Virus record (IMG/VR): IMGVR_UViG_3300025872_000049
DNA: 20,000 nt
Reading direction: 5' to 3' (one strand)
Origin: an uncultured virus (IMG/VR IMGVR_UViG_3300025872_000049)
Lineage: Duplodnaviria; Heunggongvirae; Uroviricota; Caudoviricetes
Made by a program: the position numbers and the translations under genes. Positions 1 through 8,089 of the stretch are shown in pieces (within the stretch, counting starts at the first letter, position 1; each line of letters starts with the position of its first letter). The notes below the pieces were generated by a model. That model did no database searches, was not told the origin of the DNA, and saw only the letters and a list, made by a program, of their open reading frames with translations.

Positions 1-126
1 GCAAAGTTCCATCAATATGGAACCACTAAAATGCCAAAAAGAAAGATAGTCTTTGAGCCGAGAGGATTCGCTAGAGATTTGGCTGAAAAAGCGGCTTCCT
101 ATGTGGCGAATGCGAGGGTCCCATGA
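1..126 (+). CDS. 3' end of phage neck / virion morphogenesis protein (Mu gpG / P2 gpS-like), 5'-partial
   Basis: Frame 1 reads AKFHQYGTTKMPKRKIVFEPRGFARDLAEKAASYVANARVP* with TGA at 124-126. The H-Q-x-G-T-x-K-M-P-x-R motif is typical of this family. The stop overlaps the next ATG (ATGA). Not in the ORF track. Confidence 0.8.
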   Translation, partial: AKFHQYGTTKMPKRKIVFEPRGFARDLAEKAASYVANARVP

Positions 127-722
127 CAATGCAAGGTGCTCATAAGGCAAAATACTTTGTCAATAGTTATCTAGAGAGCGACCTTCCGTCGCGCCTGATT
201 ACCTACCGTAATGAGTGGAATCTTGACGACGAGGAACTTCCGGAACCCCTGAAGTATATGGTCCACGAGCCTATTGCGATTGACCATTGGCCGACATTGA
301 TTACCGCAGCGATTTCAATGAATGGTTTGACTCGTTCTGATTACACTCATCTTTTTGACCCTCAGTTTCGCGTTGATTACGCCATGCGTACCTATGTCTG
401 GGTAAAAGATGACAACGCCGAGTTGTGCACCATCAAGAGGGACAGGCTCGTAACTGTGCTTCGGTCAGCATTTCTTGACGCGCCAAGTCTTAACCGATGT
501 GGCGATGAGGATAACCTTGAGGTATTTATTGACGAGTCGTCAATCCGTGAGGAATACTCAGACCTAACCCTCATTAAGGGCGAAAGAGTTATGGCTGGCG
601 CCTATATCGCATATACGTTGACCGTCAATGAAGTTTCACGAGTCAAGCCTCTGTCTGATACATCTACCTATGAGGTAGAAGTGCTTCGCGTAGCAATTGA
701 CGAAGATGCCGACGATATCTAG
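123..722 (+). CDS. putative tail terminator / tail completion protein
   Basis: 199-aa acidic ORF between the neck gene and the sheath gene, coupled to the upstream stop (ATGA). Function assigned mainly from position. Confidence 0.6.
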   Translation: MTMQGAHKAKYFVNSYLESDLPSRLITYRNEWNLDDEELPEPLKYMVHEPIAIDHWPTLITAAISMNGLTRSDYTHLFDPQFRVDYAMRTYVWVKDDNAELCTIKRDRLVTVLRSAFLDAPSLNRCGDEDNLEVFIDESSIREEYSDLTLIKGERVMAGAYIAYTLTVNEVSRVKPLSDTSTYEVEVLRVAIDEDADDI

Positions 723-768
723 AACTGTTCCACTAGAACTAAGTAGCATTCAGTCACAATAGTTAGCG

Positions 769-831
769 AGTTCAGTAACGGCTTACAAGATTAGGCGTAT
801 AAACACGGTATAATCTTGAAAGTAATGAACT
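769..831. promoter_or_regulatory. putative promoter of the sheath operon (TATAAT 809-814) inside a long imperfect inverted repeat
   Basis: Perfect TATAAT at 809-814. Inverted arms are GCTTACAAGATTA (781-793) / TAATCTTGAAAGT (811-823) and AGTTCA (769-774) / TGAACT (826-831). SD GGAGG at 852-856 precedes ATG 864. No well-spaced consensus -35. Confidence 0.5.
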
Positions 832-863
832 GAGCGAATCGCTTCTACTCCGGAGGAAGGCAA

Positions 864-2324
864 ATGCCCGGTATTGTCGTAAATACATCTGTTCGCACCG
901 GACCGTCAACTACGAATGTTTCGCCCACGGCGACATGGTTTGTTGTTGGTCTCACCGAACGTGGTCCGGCTGCTGACCCCAAGAAAGTCACCAGCATCGC
1001 TGACTATGAGTCTGTCTTTGGCGATTACACCTCGTATGGCGATGTGTACGAGCAGGTGCAGACCTTCTTCGAGGAGGGTGGCGCTGAGGTCTATGTTTCG
1101 CGAGTCGTTGGAGCATCTGCTACTGCTGGCGTCAAGGTTCTTGATAACGACGCCGCTGGTACGGCAATTACGCTCGTCGCCGCTGGTCCGGGCAGTTGGT
1201 CGTCCAACCTCTCGGTAACCGTGACGACGCTTGGCTCGGGTCATGTTCTCAAGTTGTACCTCAACGGTGAATTTGTTTATAAGACCGGCGAGTGCACCTC
1301 GGTTGCCCAGATGGCGAACAAGATTAACTCGTCGGCACTTGCTGGCAAGTACATCACCGCTACCGCTGGAACCGGAACTATCGCTGTCGTGTCGTCGCCC
1401 GCTTCGTTCAGCGCCGGTGATGACAACCGCGCGTCCATCGTTGACCAAGATTGGCTTGATGCGATGGACGCATTCGGCTACGAACTTGGTGCGGGTGCTA
1501 TTTCGCTTCCGGGATTCGTGACTGCGGGCAATGTTGAGGCAACGCATGAGGCTGTTCTTGCCCACTGCTACGCAAACCATCGCATGGCAATCCTTTCGAC
1601 GCCTAGCGACTTTGACGAGACTGACGCGGGCGACCACTCGGAATACCTCGCCTCGGTTGATTATGCGGAGTACGGCGGATTGTTCTTCCCGTGGGTGACG
1701 ATGAACCTTGAGGATGGCACTTCGCTGACCATTTCGCCAGAGGGCTATGTCGCCGCTAAGCGGTCGCTTGCCTTCAATCGCATTGGACCTTGGTCTGCGT
1801 ATGCTGGTGCGGTTTCGGAATCGAACTTCATCACCGGTCTGGCGCAGACGGTTACCCGAGCGATTGGCAATACCCTTGATGAGTCTCGGTGTAACGCTCT
1901 GCGAATCTTCAACAACGCTGTTCGTGTGTACGGCGCTCGCTCGCTGTCGTCGGATGAGGATAACTTCCGATTCCTCAACAGCCGTGAGATGCTGAACTAC
2001 ATCACCGTTCAGGCGCAGGCTCAGTTGGAAGACCTCGTCTTCTCGCCGATTGACGGACGCAACGCCCTCTTCACGCAGGTCAAGGGTCGCCTCATTGCGA
2101 TGCTGGAGCCGGTGCGAATCGCTGGCGGTCTGTACGAAGCGTTTGATGCCAATGGCAAGCGGATTGACTACGGCTACTCCGTTGTCGTGAACGACGCCAT
2201 CAACCCCGTCTCGCAGTTGGCTGGAGGTCTCGTGAAGGCCAAGGTCGGCGTGCGAGTGTCCGCAATTGGTGACCAGATTCAGGTCGATGTCACCAAGTCG
2301 AATCTCACCGCATCAGTCGTCTGA
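864..2324 (+). CDS. contractile tail sheath protein
   Basis: 486 aa. N-terminal MPGIVV, then FVVGLTERGP, FFEEGG..VYVSRV, GPGSWSSNLSV, FFPWV, and a C-terminal VRVYGARSLS..FRFLNSR motif typical of tail sheath families. Strong SD. Confidence 0.95.
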   Translation: MPGIVVNTSVRTGPSTTNVSPTATWFVVGLTERGPAADPKKVTSIADYESVFGDYTSYGDVYEQVQTFFEEGGAEVYVSRVVGASATAGVKVLDNDAAGTAITLVAAGPGSWSSNLSVTVTTLGSGHVLKLYLNGEFVYKTGECTSVAQMANKINSSALAGKYITATAGTGTIAVVSSPASFSAGDDNRASIVDQDWLDAMDAFGYELGAGAISLPGFVTAGNVEATHEAVLAHCYANHRMAILSTPSDFDETDAGDHSEYLASVDYAEYGGLFFPWVTMNLEDGTSLTISPEGYVAAKRSLAFNRIGPWSAYAGAVSESNFITGLAQTVTRAIGNTLDESRCNALRIFNNAVRVYGARSLSSDEDNFRFLNSREMLNYITVQAQAQLEDLVFSPIDGRNALFTQVKGRLIAMLEPVRIAGGLYEAFDANGKRIDYGYSVVVNDAINPVSQLAGGLVKAKVGVRVSAIGDQIQVDVTKSNLTASVV

Positions 2325-2336
2325 TAAGGAGTAGTA

Positions 2337-2795
2337 ATGACCGGTAAAATTGCACAGCGTCAGATTGTCGCCTCCATCAAGCCTTCGGCTGAGGGCAATG
2401 CTGAGACGCCCCCGACGGTGGGAACCGACATGGGTCTGGCGTACTTTGCTCAGGTGACTGGTGGCGAAATCACCGCTTCGGTGGAAAAGATTTACATCGG
2501 TGGAAAGTTGTTCCCCGAGGTTCTCTGCGCTCCTGCTGAAATCGGCGACATCACCCTGACCCGTCACTACGCCCCCGATATTGATGCCTCGTTCCTTGGA
2601 GCGATTCGTCAGATGGTCGGTCGTGCGTACTACGACATTCAGGTCGATGAGTTGAACTGCAATGTGGCTGTTCCGGAACTCCAGCGCACCTACGCCAAGG
2701 CTCTCCTTGTCGGTGTGACTGAGCCGGAAGGTGACGCGGCTTCTGGTGCTCCGGCAACCTACTCGCTTACCTTCAGCATTCAGTCCGTTAAGTAA
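2337..2795 (+). CDS. tail tube protein (T4 gp19-like)
   Basis: 152 aa directly after the sheath, with SD AAGGAG. Motifs FAQVTGGE, GDITLTR and a terminal LTFSIQSV match tube-protein patterns. Confidence 0.88.
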   Translation: MTGKIAQRQIVASIKPSAEGNAETPPTVGTDMGLAYFAQVTGGEITASVEKIYIGGKLFPEVLCAPAEIGDITLTRHYAPDIDASFLGAIRQMVGRAYYDIQVDELNCNVAVPELQRTYAKALLVGVTEPEGDAASGAPATYSLTFSIQSVK

Positions 2796-2822
2796 TACCT
2801 CAAACAACTTAAGAAATTGGCT

Positions 2823-2848
2823 ATAGGGGTACCGCTAGGTGCCCCTAT
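2823..2848 (+). terminator. stem-loop after the tube gene (probable terminator or mRNA-stabilising hairpin)
   Basis: ATAGGGGTACC-GCTA-GGTGCCCCTAT forms an 11-bp stem with one G-U pair and a 4-nt loop. It has only a weak U-tract. Confidence 0.6.
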
Positions 2849-2860
2849 TGTCATGCTAGC

Positions 2861-3385
2861 GTGCCGTTCATGAGCGACTCCATGTTTGAAACCCCGTCTG
2901 AACCTGCCCCCAAGAAGGCAGGCATCAAGGACGAAAAAGCCCCCTCGGTGCTTGACCAGTTGAAAGCCGTGCTTTCCAAGAAGGTTGAGCGCGAGCCTGT
3001 TTTTATTGAAATCCCCGAGCGTCCGGGTGTGACAATTCAGGTTTCTCCCAATATCACCCAGCATCAGTTGCGTGCATGGCGAAAGAATGCCGGAGAAGAC
3101 ACCAAGAACGGTCTAGATGCCACCAAGTTCGCCTGTGCCGTTATTGGGCATACATGCACCGGAATCTTCGTTAATAACGAACAGGTGGTCAATGAGGATG
3201 GAATTGGCTTGACTTTTGCCTCTGATGCAATCCTTCAGATGACTGACACGACTCGCCCGATTCCTGACTGTGTGCGCGCTTTCTTCGGCATTGACCCGCA
3301 TGTGGAAAGCGCTGCGCTTGCTGTTCTTGAAGCCGCTGGATACTCGGACACGGTTGAAACCGTGGACCCTACGAAGGCGTCCTAG
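2861..3385 (+). CDS. tail assembly chaperone (lambda gpG analogue)
   Basis: 174 aa between tube and tape measure genes, ending ...TVDPTKAS*. The true start may be ATG 2870 rather than GTG 2861. Confidence 0.8.
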   Translation: MPFMSDSMFETPSEPAPKKAGIKDEKAPSVLDQLKAVLSKKVEREPVFIEIPERPGVTIQVSPNITQHQLRAWRKNAGEDTKNGLDATKFACAVIGHTCTGIFVNNEQVVNEDGIGLTFASDAILQMTDTTRPIPDCVRAFFGIDPHVESAALAVLEAAGYSDTVETVDPTKAS

Positions 3386-3567
3386 AAGAACTTCAGTCCG
3401 ACGGACGCATCCAGACAGCCGCCCGTCTGGGCGAACTATGGGGAACTGACCCCATCAAATTACTTGACTGTTCTGAAGAAGAATGGTTAATCAGATACGC
3501 GTGCGCAAAGATTATTGAGGCTGACCGCGCCGAACAAGAGCGTAAAATGAAAGCACAGCAAAAATAA
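3358..3567 (+). CDS. post-frameshift (gpT-like) segment of the tail assembly chaperone, -1 frame
   Basis: The -1 frame is open from 3358 to TAA 3565-3567: ..GPYEGVLEELQSDGRIQTAARLGELWGTDPIKLLDCSEEEWLIRYACAKIIEADRAEQERKMKAQQK*. It has no ATG/GTG/TTG until its last few codons and fills the gap before the TMP. Not in the ORF track. Confidence 0.8.
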   Translation, partial: NRGPYEGVLEELQSDGRIQTAARLGELWGTDPIKLLDCSEEEWLIRYACAKIIEADRAEQERKMKAQQK

Positions 3568-3596
3568 CGCTCTTGTCCATCTAGCAGAGGCTTGAC

Positions 3597-6500
3597 ATGG
3601 CTGACGAACGCGTCGTAATTAAAATAGATGTCAAAGCCGATACCTCTGCGATTGACCGCGTCCAGCGCAAACTTGCTGCCCTCTGCGCTCAGGCAAGCAA
3701 ATGTGATGACACATTTAATGGATTAAGCGGTGATATTGATAAGACCTCTGAGAGCCAAAAACGCCTCGGCAGAGAGTCGGATAGCACCTCCAGCAAATTA
3801 AAGAAAACTGGCAGAGAGGCAGGAGCGCTCTCCAAGATTCTTAAAACTGGTCTCAAGTTCGCGATGATTGGTTCTGCAATTGAAACTGCTGCGCTAGCCG
3901 TTGCCCTGTCGTCGGTTAATGGCTTGCTGGCAACCGGACGATTCTTAGTTAAGTCATACCAAGTAGTCATGTCGGGCCTGGCGAAAGCCGCAGCAGTCGC
4001 TGGTATTGCGCTAGCAACGGTTGCTGCTGCGCAGAAGCAATATATCGCTGCCCAGCAGGCGGGTCGCTATGGAGGATTTCAGGGGGCGGCTATTGCCCTA
4101 CGCACGATGTCCGCTGATGCCCGTCTAGCCGGACTCAGTATGAAGAGTCTAAATTCAGCGTTTGCAGCAGCATCGAAGAATGCACGGGTGACCGGTGGTA
4201 CAACCAGCGCGATTGCTGGATTGATGGACTTTGCAGCAGCCACTGGTGACATTGAAAAAGGTGTTACTTCTGTAGCAACCCTTGTTTCTCTGATTCAGAA
4301 AGGAGGTGTCGGAGGCGCAGGGGTCGCTGAAGCCGCGAAGCAACTAGGTCCTGAGTTTGAAAAGGCTTTTAAAGAGGTGTCACGGGGTGGAAAAGCATCT
4401 GCTCAAGAAGTGCTTAAAGCATTTTCTGGTGGTGATATGGCTAAGAAGGCGGGGATAGGCGGAACATTTGCCGCTATGCAAGGAACGCTGATTGGGCAAT
4501 TTAAAGCGTTCATGCAACAAATGCAGACAGAAGCATCAGACCTTGGTGCACGATTCATTACGCCAGTTCAAGTTGCTTTTGAAAAAATACGCACGATAGT
4601 TATACGCACATTCACGCAAATCTCGCCATTACTATCTGACTTTGCTAATGGTGGACTATTGGGGAAAGTAGTTAACGGAATTGACAAAATAGCGCAATTC
4701 CTCGTGAAGTTGATGAGGGAGTATGTCCCAGCAACACAGAATTTCTTCGGAAAGTTAAAGGGATTCTGGGATGGGCTTGTTTCTGGATTTGAGCGGTTTA
4801 ATGCCTATCTCCGTGGACTCAGTGAATCAAGCAAGATAATTAATCGGTTTTTCGGGAAAATTCTCAAGGCTATTGGGGGCGGGCTGAAGAAAAACTTTGA
4901 GCAGTTTGCTGTTCAAGTACAAAAAAATGAAGGCAACCTTGATAAGTGGGGCGATTCAATTGTTCGGCTCATAGACGCTATTTTTGAGTTGTCACGCGCA
5001 TTTAGGGACGCTTTCTTCGCTGCCCTTCCGGCTATTACAAAAATTGCCGATGCCCTTACTCTGGTTCTAAACATCGTCAGCGGAATCATTAGTGGTCTAA
5101 GCAAATTGGGACCTTTGGGCGGTCTTGCTGGATACATGGGTTTACCGCTACTGATGGGCGGAATGGGACGAATGGCGAAGGGAGGGTCGTTCATCGGACC
5201 CGGCATGAAAAAGATGTACGGGGTAGCGACCAGTCCTCTCGGATTGACAGCAATAGGCGCTCTTGGCACTCAGGCTCTAACGAATAATCGTGGCTCAGTG
5301 GTTGAGACTGGTGGCGATATTGCTACCGGCGCAATTATTGGGTATGGGGCAACAAAGGCGATTGGCGGTGCTGGAGGAATACCCATGCTCGGCGCATATG
5401 CCGGACCGGCTGCCCTTGCGACGGCTGGTGCCGTTGGCGCATACACAGCAGGAAACATGGTTGGAAGTGCTACATACCGTGCAACTGGAGGCAACAGGGC
5501 AGCAACTGTTGGCGCTGCCGGTGCTACGGGCGCAGCCGTTGGCGCGGCAACAGGAGCGGGCGTGGGCGCACTTCTTGCTGCTCCGACACTAGGCACTTCA
5601 GTCATTATTGGCGCGATTGCTGGTGCGCTTATTGGCGGAGTCGCAGGATGGATGCAGGATGGGAAGTTTAAAAAGCAAGCAAAAAAGGCTGCTGGACAAT
5701 TTGTTGATAACTATGTAGGCGTAATGGAAGAGGCGCTTGCTAATAATGATGTTGATTCGGCGCGTCAACTTCTGAATGACTTTGGCAAAGAAGCCAGAAA
5801 TATGGCTAATGACCAAGTGAAGTCAGGGACTGCACTTAAAGAGGCAAATAAGAAGTTTTACGAACAAAATAAGAATGTCATTGATTCCACAACATTAATG
5901 ATATCTAGATTCAAAGATTTGGAACGAATTTCTGGTCTCACTACTGAAGAGGTTCAAAATCTAGCAAATACAGCCGAGGTTGACCTCGGAAATAGCATGC
6001 TAACGCTGTCAGACATTCTTGCTGCGACAGGTATTGCTACCGCCCGCTTTGGCGATGATTTCAAGTACGCAATGACGGATATTTATGCGTCGGCTACATC
6101 CAGTATTCGCCAGACTCTTGAACTCGTTCAAGCACCGGATATCTACGCTGCCGCTGGGCGCGCATTTGGAGAGAAGGGACGTGCTAACACCGTAACGGAC
6201 GAAGACCGCGCTGCATTCTTTGAGGATATTTTTCAGCAAAGTCTCCTAATGGCTGGTGGCGACCCGATTCAGGCTTACCTCAATATGCAACGTGAATATG
6301 GGACAGCCGCGCGTCCCGGTGGGCAGTTCTCGGTCATGCAGGGAGGGAAAAAGGGCGACCTTTACGGACTAGCAGATGTCTTCTTTGGTGGAGGCGGAGC
6401 CGCAATGTTTGGTGGCGCCATGGGACAACTTGGCGCTGGCGCAGCCGGATTAACTGCCGAAAATATCATTGCTGAAGCAGCAAAACTGAACCTTGATATC

Positions 6501-7286
6501 GGCATGAGCAAGGAAAGTTTGACTGCTGAACTTATTAAAATGGCACAGAATGACCCAACTAAGTTTGGTCAAATCCTCCAACAGACGTCTCAGGGAGGAT
6601 TCCTCACAATGCCCGGTGGTTATGTGGGCGCAGGGGCAGATTTTAATAAGATAGTTGGTGACCAACTCACTAATGTTCTTGGTCCCCTTGGGGATAAATT
6701 GAATCTTCAGCAGACGACAAGCAAAACCATGTCTGACGCTGCAACGGGGTTCAAGACCGCAGTAAACGACGTATTTGCAGTAGCCGTTGACAAGTTTGCT
6801 AGTGCCGTCGGATTTTTTGACGACAAGGGTGACACATCAACCCCCCGCCGAAACTTCGTCAATATGATGAATGTCCACAACCGAATTAATGGCGGTATTG
6901 CTGGGCGTCGTAGTATCACCTCTGGTGTTCGAGGCTTCAACCTCGGCTCCATGAACTCTGACCATGCTGCGGGTCGGGCATACGACCTCGTTGGGCAGAA
7001 CCTCGGTCTGTATCAGGTGGGCGTTCGTGCTGGCGGCGGTTACGCCGAGTTCCATGGAACGGGCGCTCAGCGTCACCTCCATGTTGTACCCGGCATGGAT
7101 AGTGCAATTGGAGATACGGCAACGCCCTATATGGGTGGAACAATCTCTACGCCGACGGCAACAACCAATAACAACAGCATCAATGTAACTGTCAATGCTT
7201 CACAAGGAATGGATGTTCAGGCGCTAGCAAACGAGGTGATGGCTCGCATTGAAGCGGCTCAGGCATCTTGGTCGGAGCGGAGGTAA
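3597..7286 (+). CDS. tape measure protein with C-terminal M15/LAS-type zinc peptidase domain
   Basis: 1229 aa, Ala/Gly-rich and helical, after the chaperone. Hydrophobic Gly-zipper segments lie around 5100-5660. The C-terminus has ITSGVR...SDHAAGRAYD...HLHVV and ends with the typical INVTVNA...LANEV tail. Confidence 0.93.
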   Translation: MADERVVIKIDVKADTSAIDRVQRKLAALCAQASKCDDTFNGLSGDIDKTSESQKRLGRESDSTSSKLKKTGREAGALSKILKTGLKFAMIGSAIETAALAVALSSVNGLLATGRFLVKSYQVVMSGLAKAAAVAGIALATVAAAQKQYIAAQQAGRYGGFQGAAIALRTMSADARLAGLSMKSLNSAFAAASKNARVTGGTTSAIAGLMDFAAATGDIEKGVTSVATLVSLIQKGGVGGAGVAEAAKQLGPEFEKAFKEVSRGGKASAQEVLKAFSGGDMAKKAGIGGTFAAMQGTLIGQFKAFMQQMQTEASDLGARFITPVQVAFEKIRTIVIRTFTQISPLLSDFANGGLLGKVVNGIDKIAQFLVKLMREYVPATQNFFGKLKGFWDGLVSGFERFNAYLRGLSESSKIINRFFGKILKAIGGGLKKNFEQFAVQVQKNEGNLDKWGDSIVRLIDAIFELSRAFRDAFFAALPAITKIADALTLVLNIVSGIISGLSKLGPLGGLAGYMGLPLLMGGMGRMAKGGSFIGPGMKKMYGVATSPLGLTAIGALGTQALTNNRGSVVETGGDIATGAIIGYGATKAIGGAGGIPMLGAYAGPAALATAGAVGAYTAGNMVGSATYRATGGNRAATVGAAGATGAAVGAATGAGVGALLAAPTLGTSVIIGAIAGALIGGVAGWMQDGKFKKQAKKAAGQFVDNYVGVMEEALANNDVDSARQLLNDFGKEARNMANDQVKSGTALKEANKKFYEQNKNVIDSTTLMISRFKDLERISGLTTEEVQNLANTAEVDLGNSMLTLSDILAATGIATARFGDDFKYAMTDIYASATSSIRQTLELVQAPDIYAAAGRAFGEKGRANTVTDEDRAAFFEDIFQQSLLMAGGDPIQAYLNMQREYGTAARPGGQFSVMQGGKKGDLYGLADVFFGGGGAAMFGGAMGQLGAGAAGLTAENIIAEAAKLNLDIGMSKESLTAELIKMAQNDPTKFGQILQQTSQGGFLTMPGGYVGAGADFNKIVGDQLTNVLGPLGDKLNLQQTTSKTMSDAATGFKTAVNDVFAVAVDKFASAVGFFDDKGDTSTPRRNFVNMMNVHNRINGGIAGRRSITSGVRGFNLGSMNSDHAAGRAYDLVGQNLGLYQVGVRAGGGYAEFHGTGAQRHLHVVPGMDSAIGDTATPYMGGTISTPTATTNNNSINVTVNASQGMDVQALANEVMARIEAAQASWSERR

Positions 7287-7289
7287 GCC

Positions 7290-8087
7290 ATGGGAAAGAA
7301 GACTCCCGCTAAGGAACGCGCAGAAAAGAAAAAGAAGCAGAAGAAAAGCGGTGGTTCAACTAAGCCAAGCGGTCTTATTAGTGACCTGCGTAAGATTGTT
7401 GTTAAACCGAGGACTCGTAATCGCTCGGGCACTGCAACACGACTAGCCGCTCGTTCAGCCAATACCTCGCCTATTAAGGCTCCTGCCCAAGCGGGCATGC
7501 ATACCATCAAAACGGCAGATGCTACGCAACAGCAAATGTCATTTTATTTCCCGTTTACACCCCAACAACTTCAGTACTCAAATATTGGACCAGAACTGAG
7601 TGAAATTCAGCGTCCCGGCAAGACGCCAATTATTGCCTTCAACCGATTTAAGGCTCGCCAGATTGCTCTAAAAATTACGCTTGCTGTACCGCAGGACGGT
7701 CTATTCACCGCAATTGATGACGATATGGAGTTCCTATTCAAAATGGCGAATAGCGCTCTCCCTGTTTATTTCACGAATATGGATAAGCAGGTAAGCAACC
7801 AACTTGGGTCAGCGACTGACTCCTCCAGTCCACGTCTCATGTGGTCAATCATTGACCTGAACTTTGCTTCAATACGGCGTAATGCGGATAATCAGGTAAC
7901 AGTTGCTGAGGCTAATCTTACACTTGTTGAGAACATGAATCCTGTTGCCAAAATTGCTGAACTACCAGTGATTACTTATAGCGAGGCATTGCCCGTTACG
8001 CCTAAGAAATCATCTGGGAATAAAGAAGAGGACTACTTGACTATCTCGCAAGTACGTCAAATTATCATTACTGATACGCGAACATAG
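7290..8087 (+). CDS. baseplate tube initiator (P2 gpU / T4 gp48-gp54 / CIS-tube-like)
   Basis: 265 aa after the TMP, with SD GGAGGT. FPFTPQQLQYS, EIQRPGKTP and WSIIDLNF...AEANLTLVE fit the tube-like initiator pattern. No LysM motif seen. Confidence 0.75.
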   Translation: MGKKTPAKERAEKKKKQKKSGGSTKPSGLISDLRKIVVKPRTRNRSGTATRLAARSANTSPIKAPAQAGMHTIKTADATQQQMSFYFPFTPQQLQYSNIGPELSEIQRPGKTPIIAFNRFKARQIALKITLAVPQDGLFTAIDDDMEFLFKMANSALPVYFTNMDKQVSNQLGSATDSSSPRLMWSIIDLNFASIRRNADNQVTVAEANLTLVENMNPVAKIAELPVITYSEALPVTPKKSSGNKEEDYLTISQVRQIIITDTRT

Positions 8088-8089
8088 CC

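Noticed and set aside
723..863. tRNA or known riboswitch in the intergenic gap
   Set aside because: No cloverleaf, T-loop (GTTCGA) or recognisable aptamer consensus. Only the inverted repeat reported above.
906..2807. Antisense ORFs over sheath and tube (906-1637, 2313-2807)
   Set aside because: They lie wholly opposite well-supported structural genes and have no recognisable motifs. Biased codon usage explains them.
3383..3490. TAG read-through or alternative genetic code explaining the chaperone-TMP gap
   Set aside because: Read-through hits TAA at 3488-3490 and gives a poor peptide. All long genes are intact in the standard code, and TAG, TGA and TAA all end genes at sensible boundaries.
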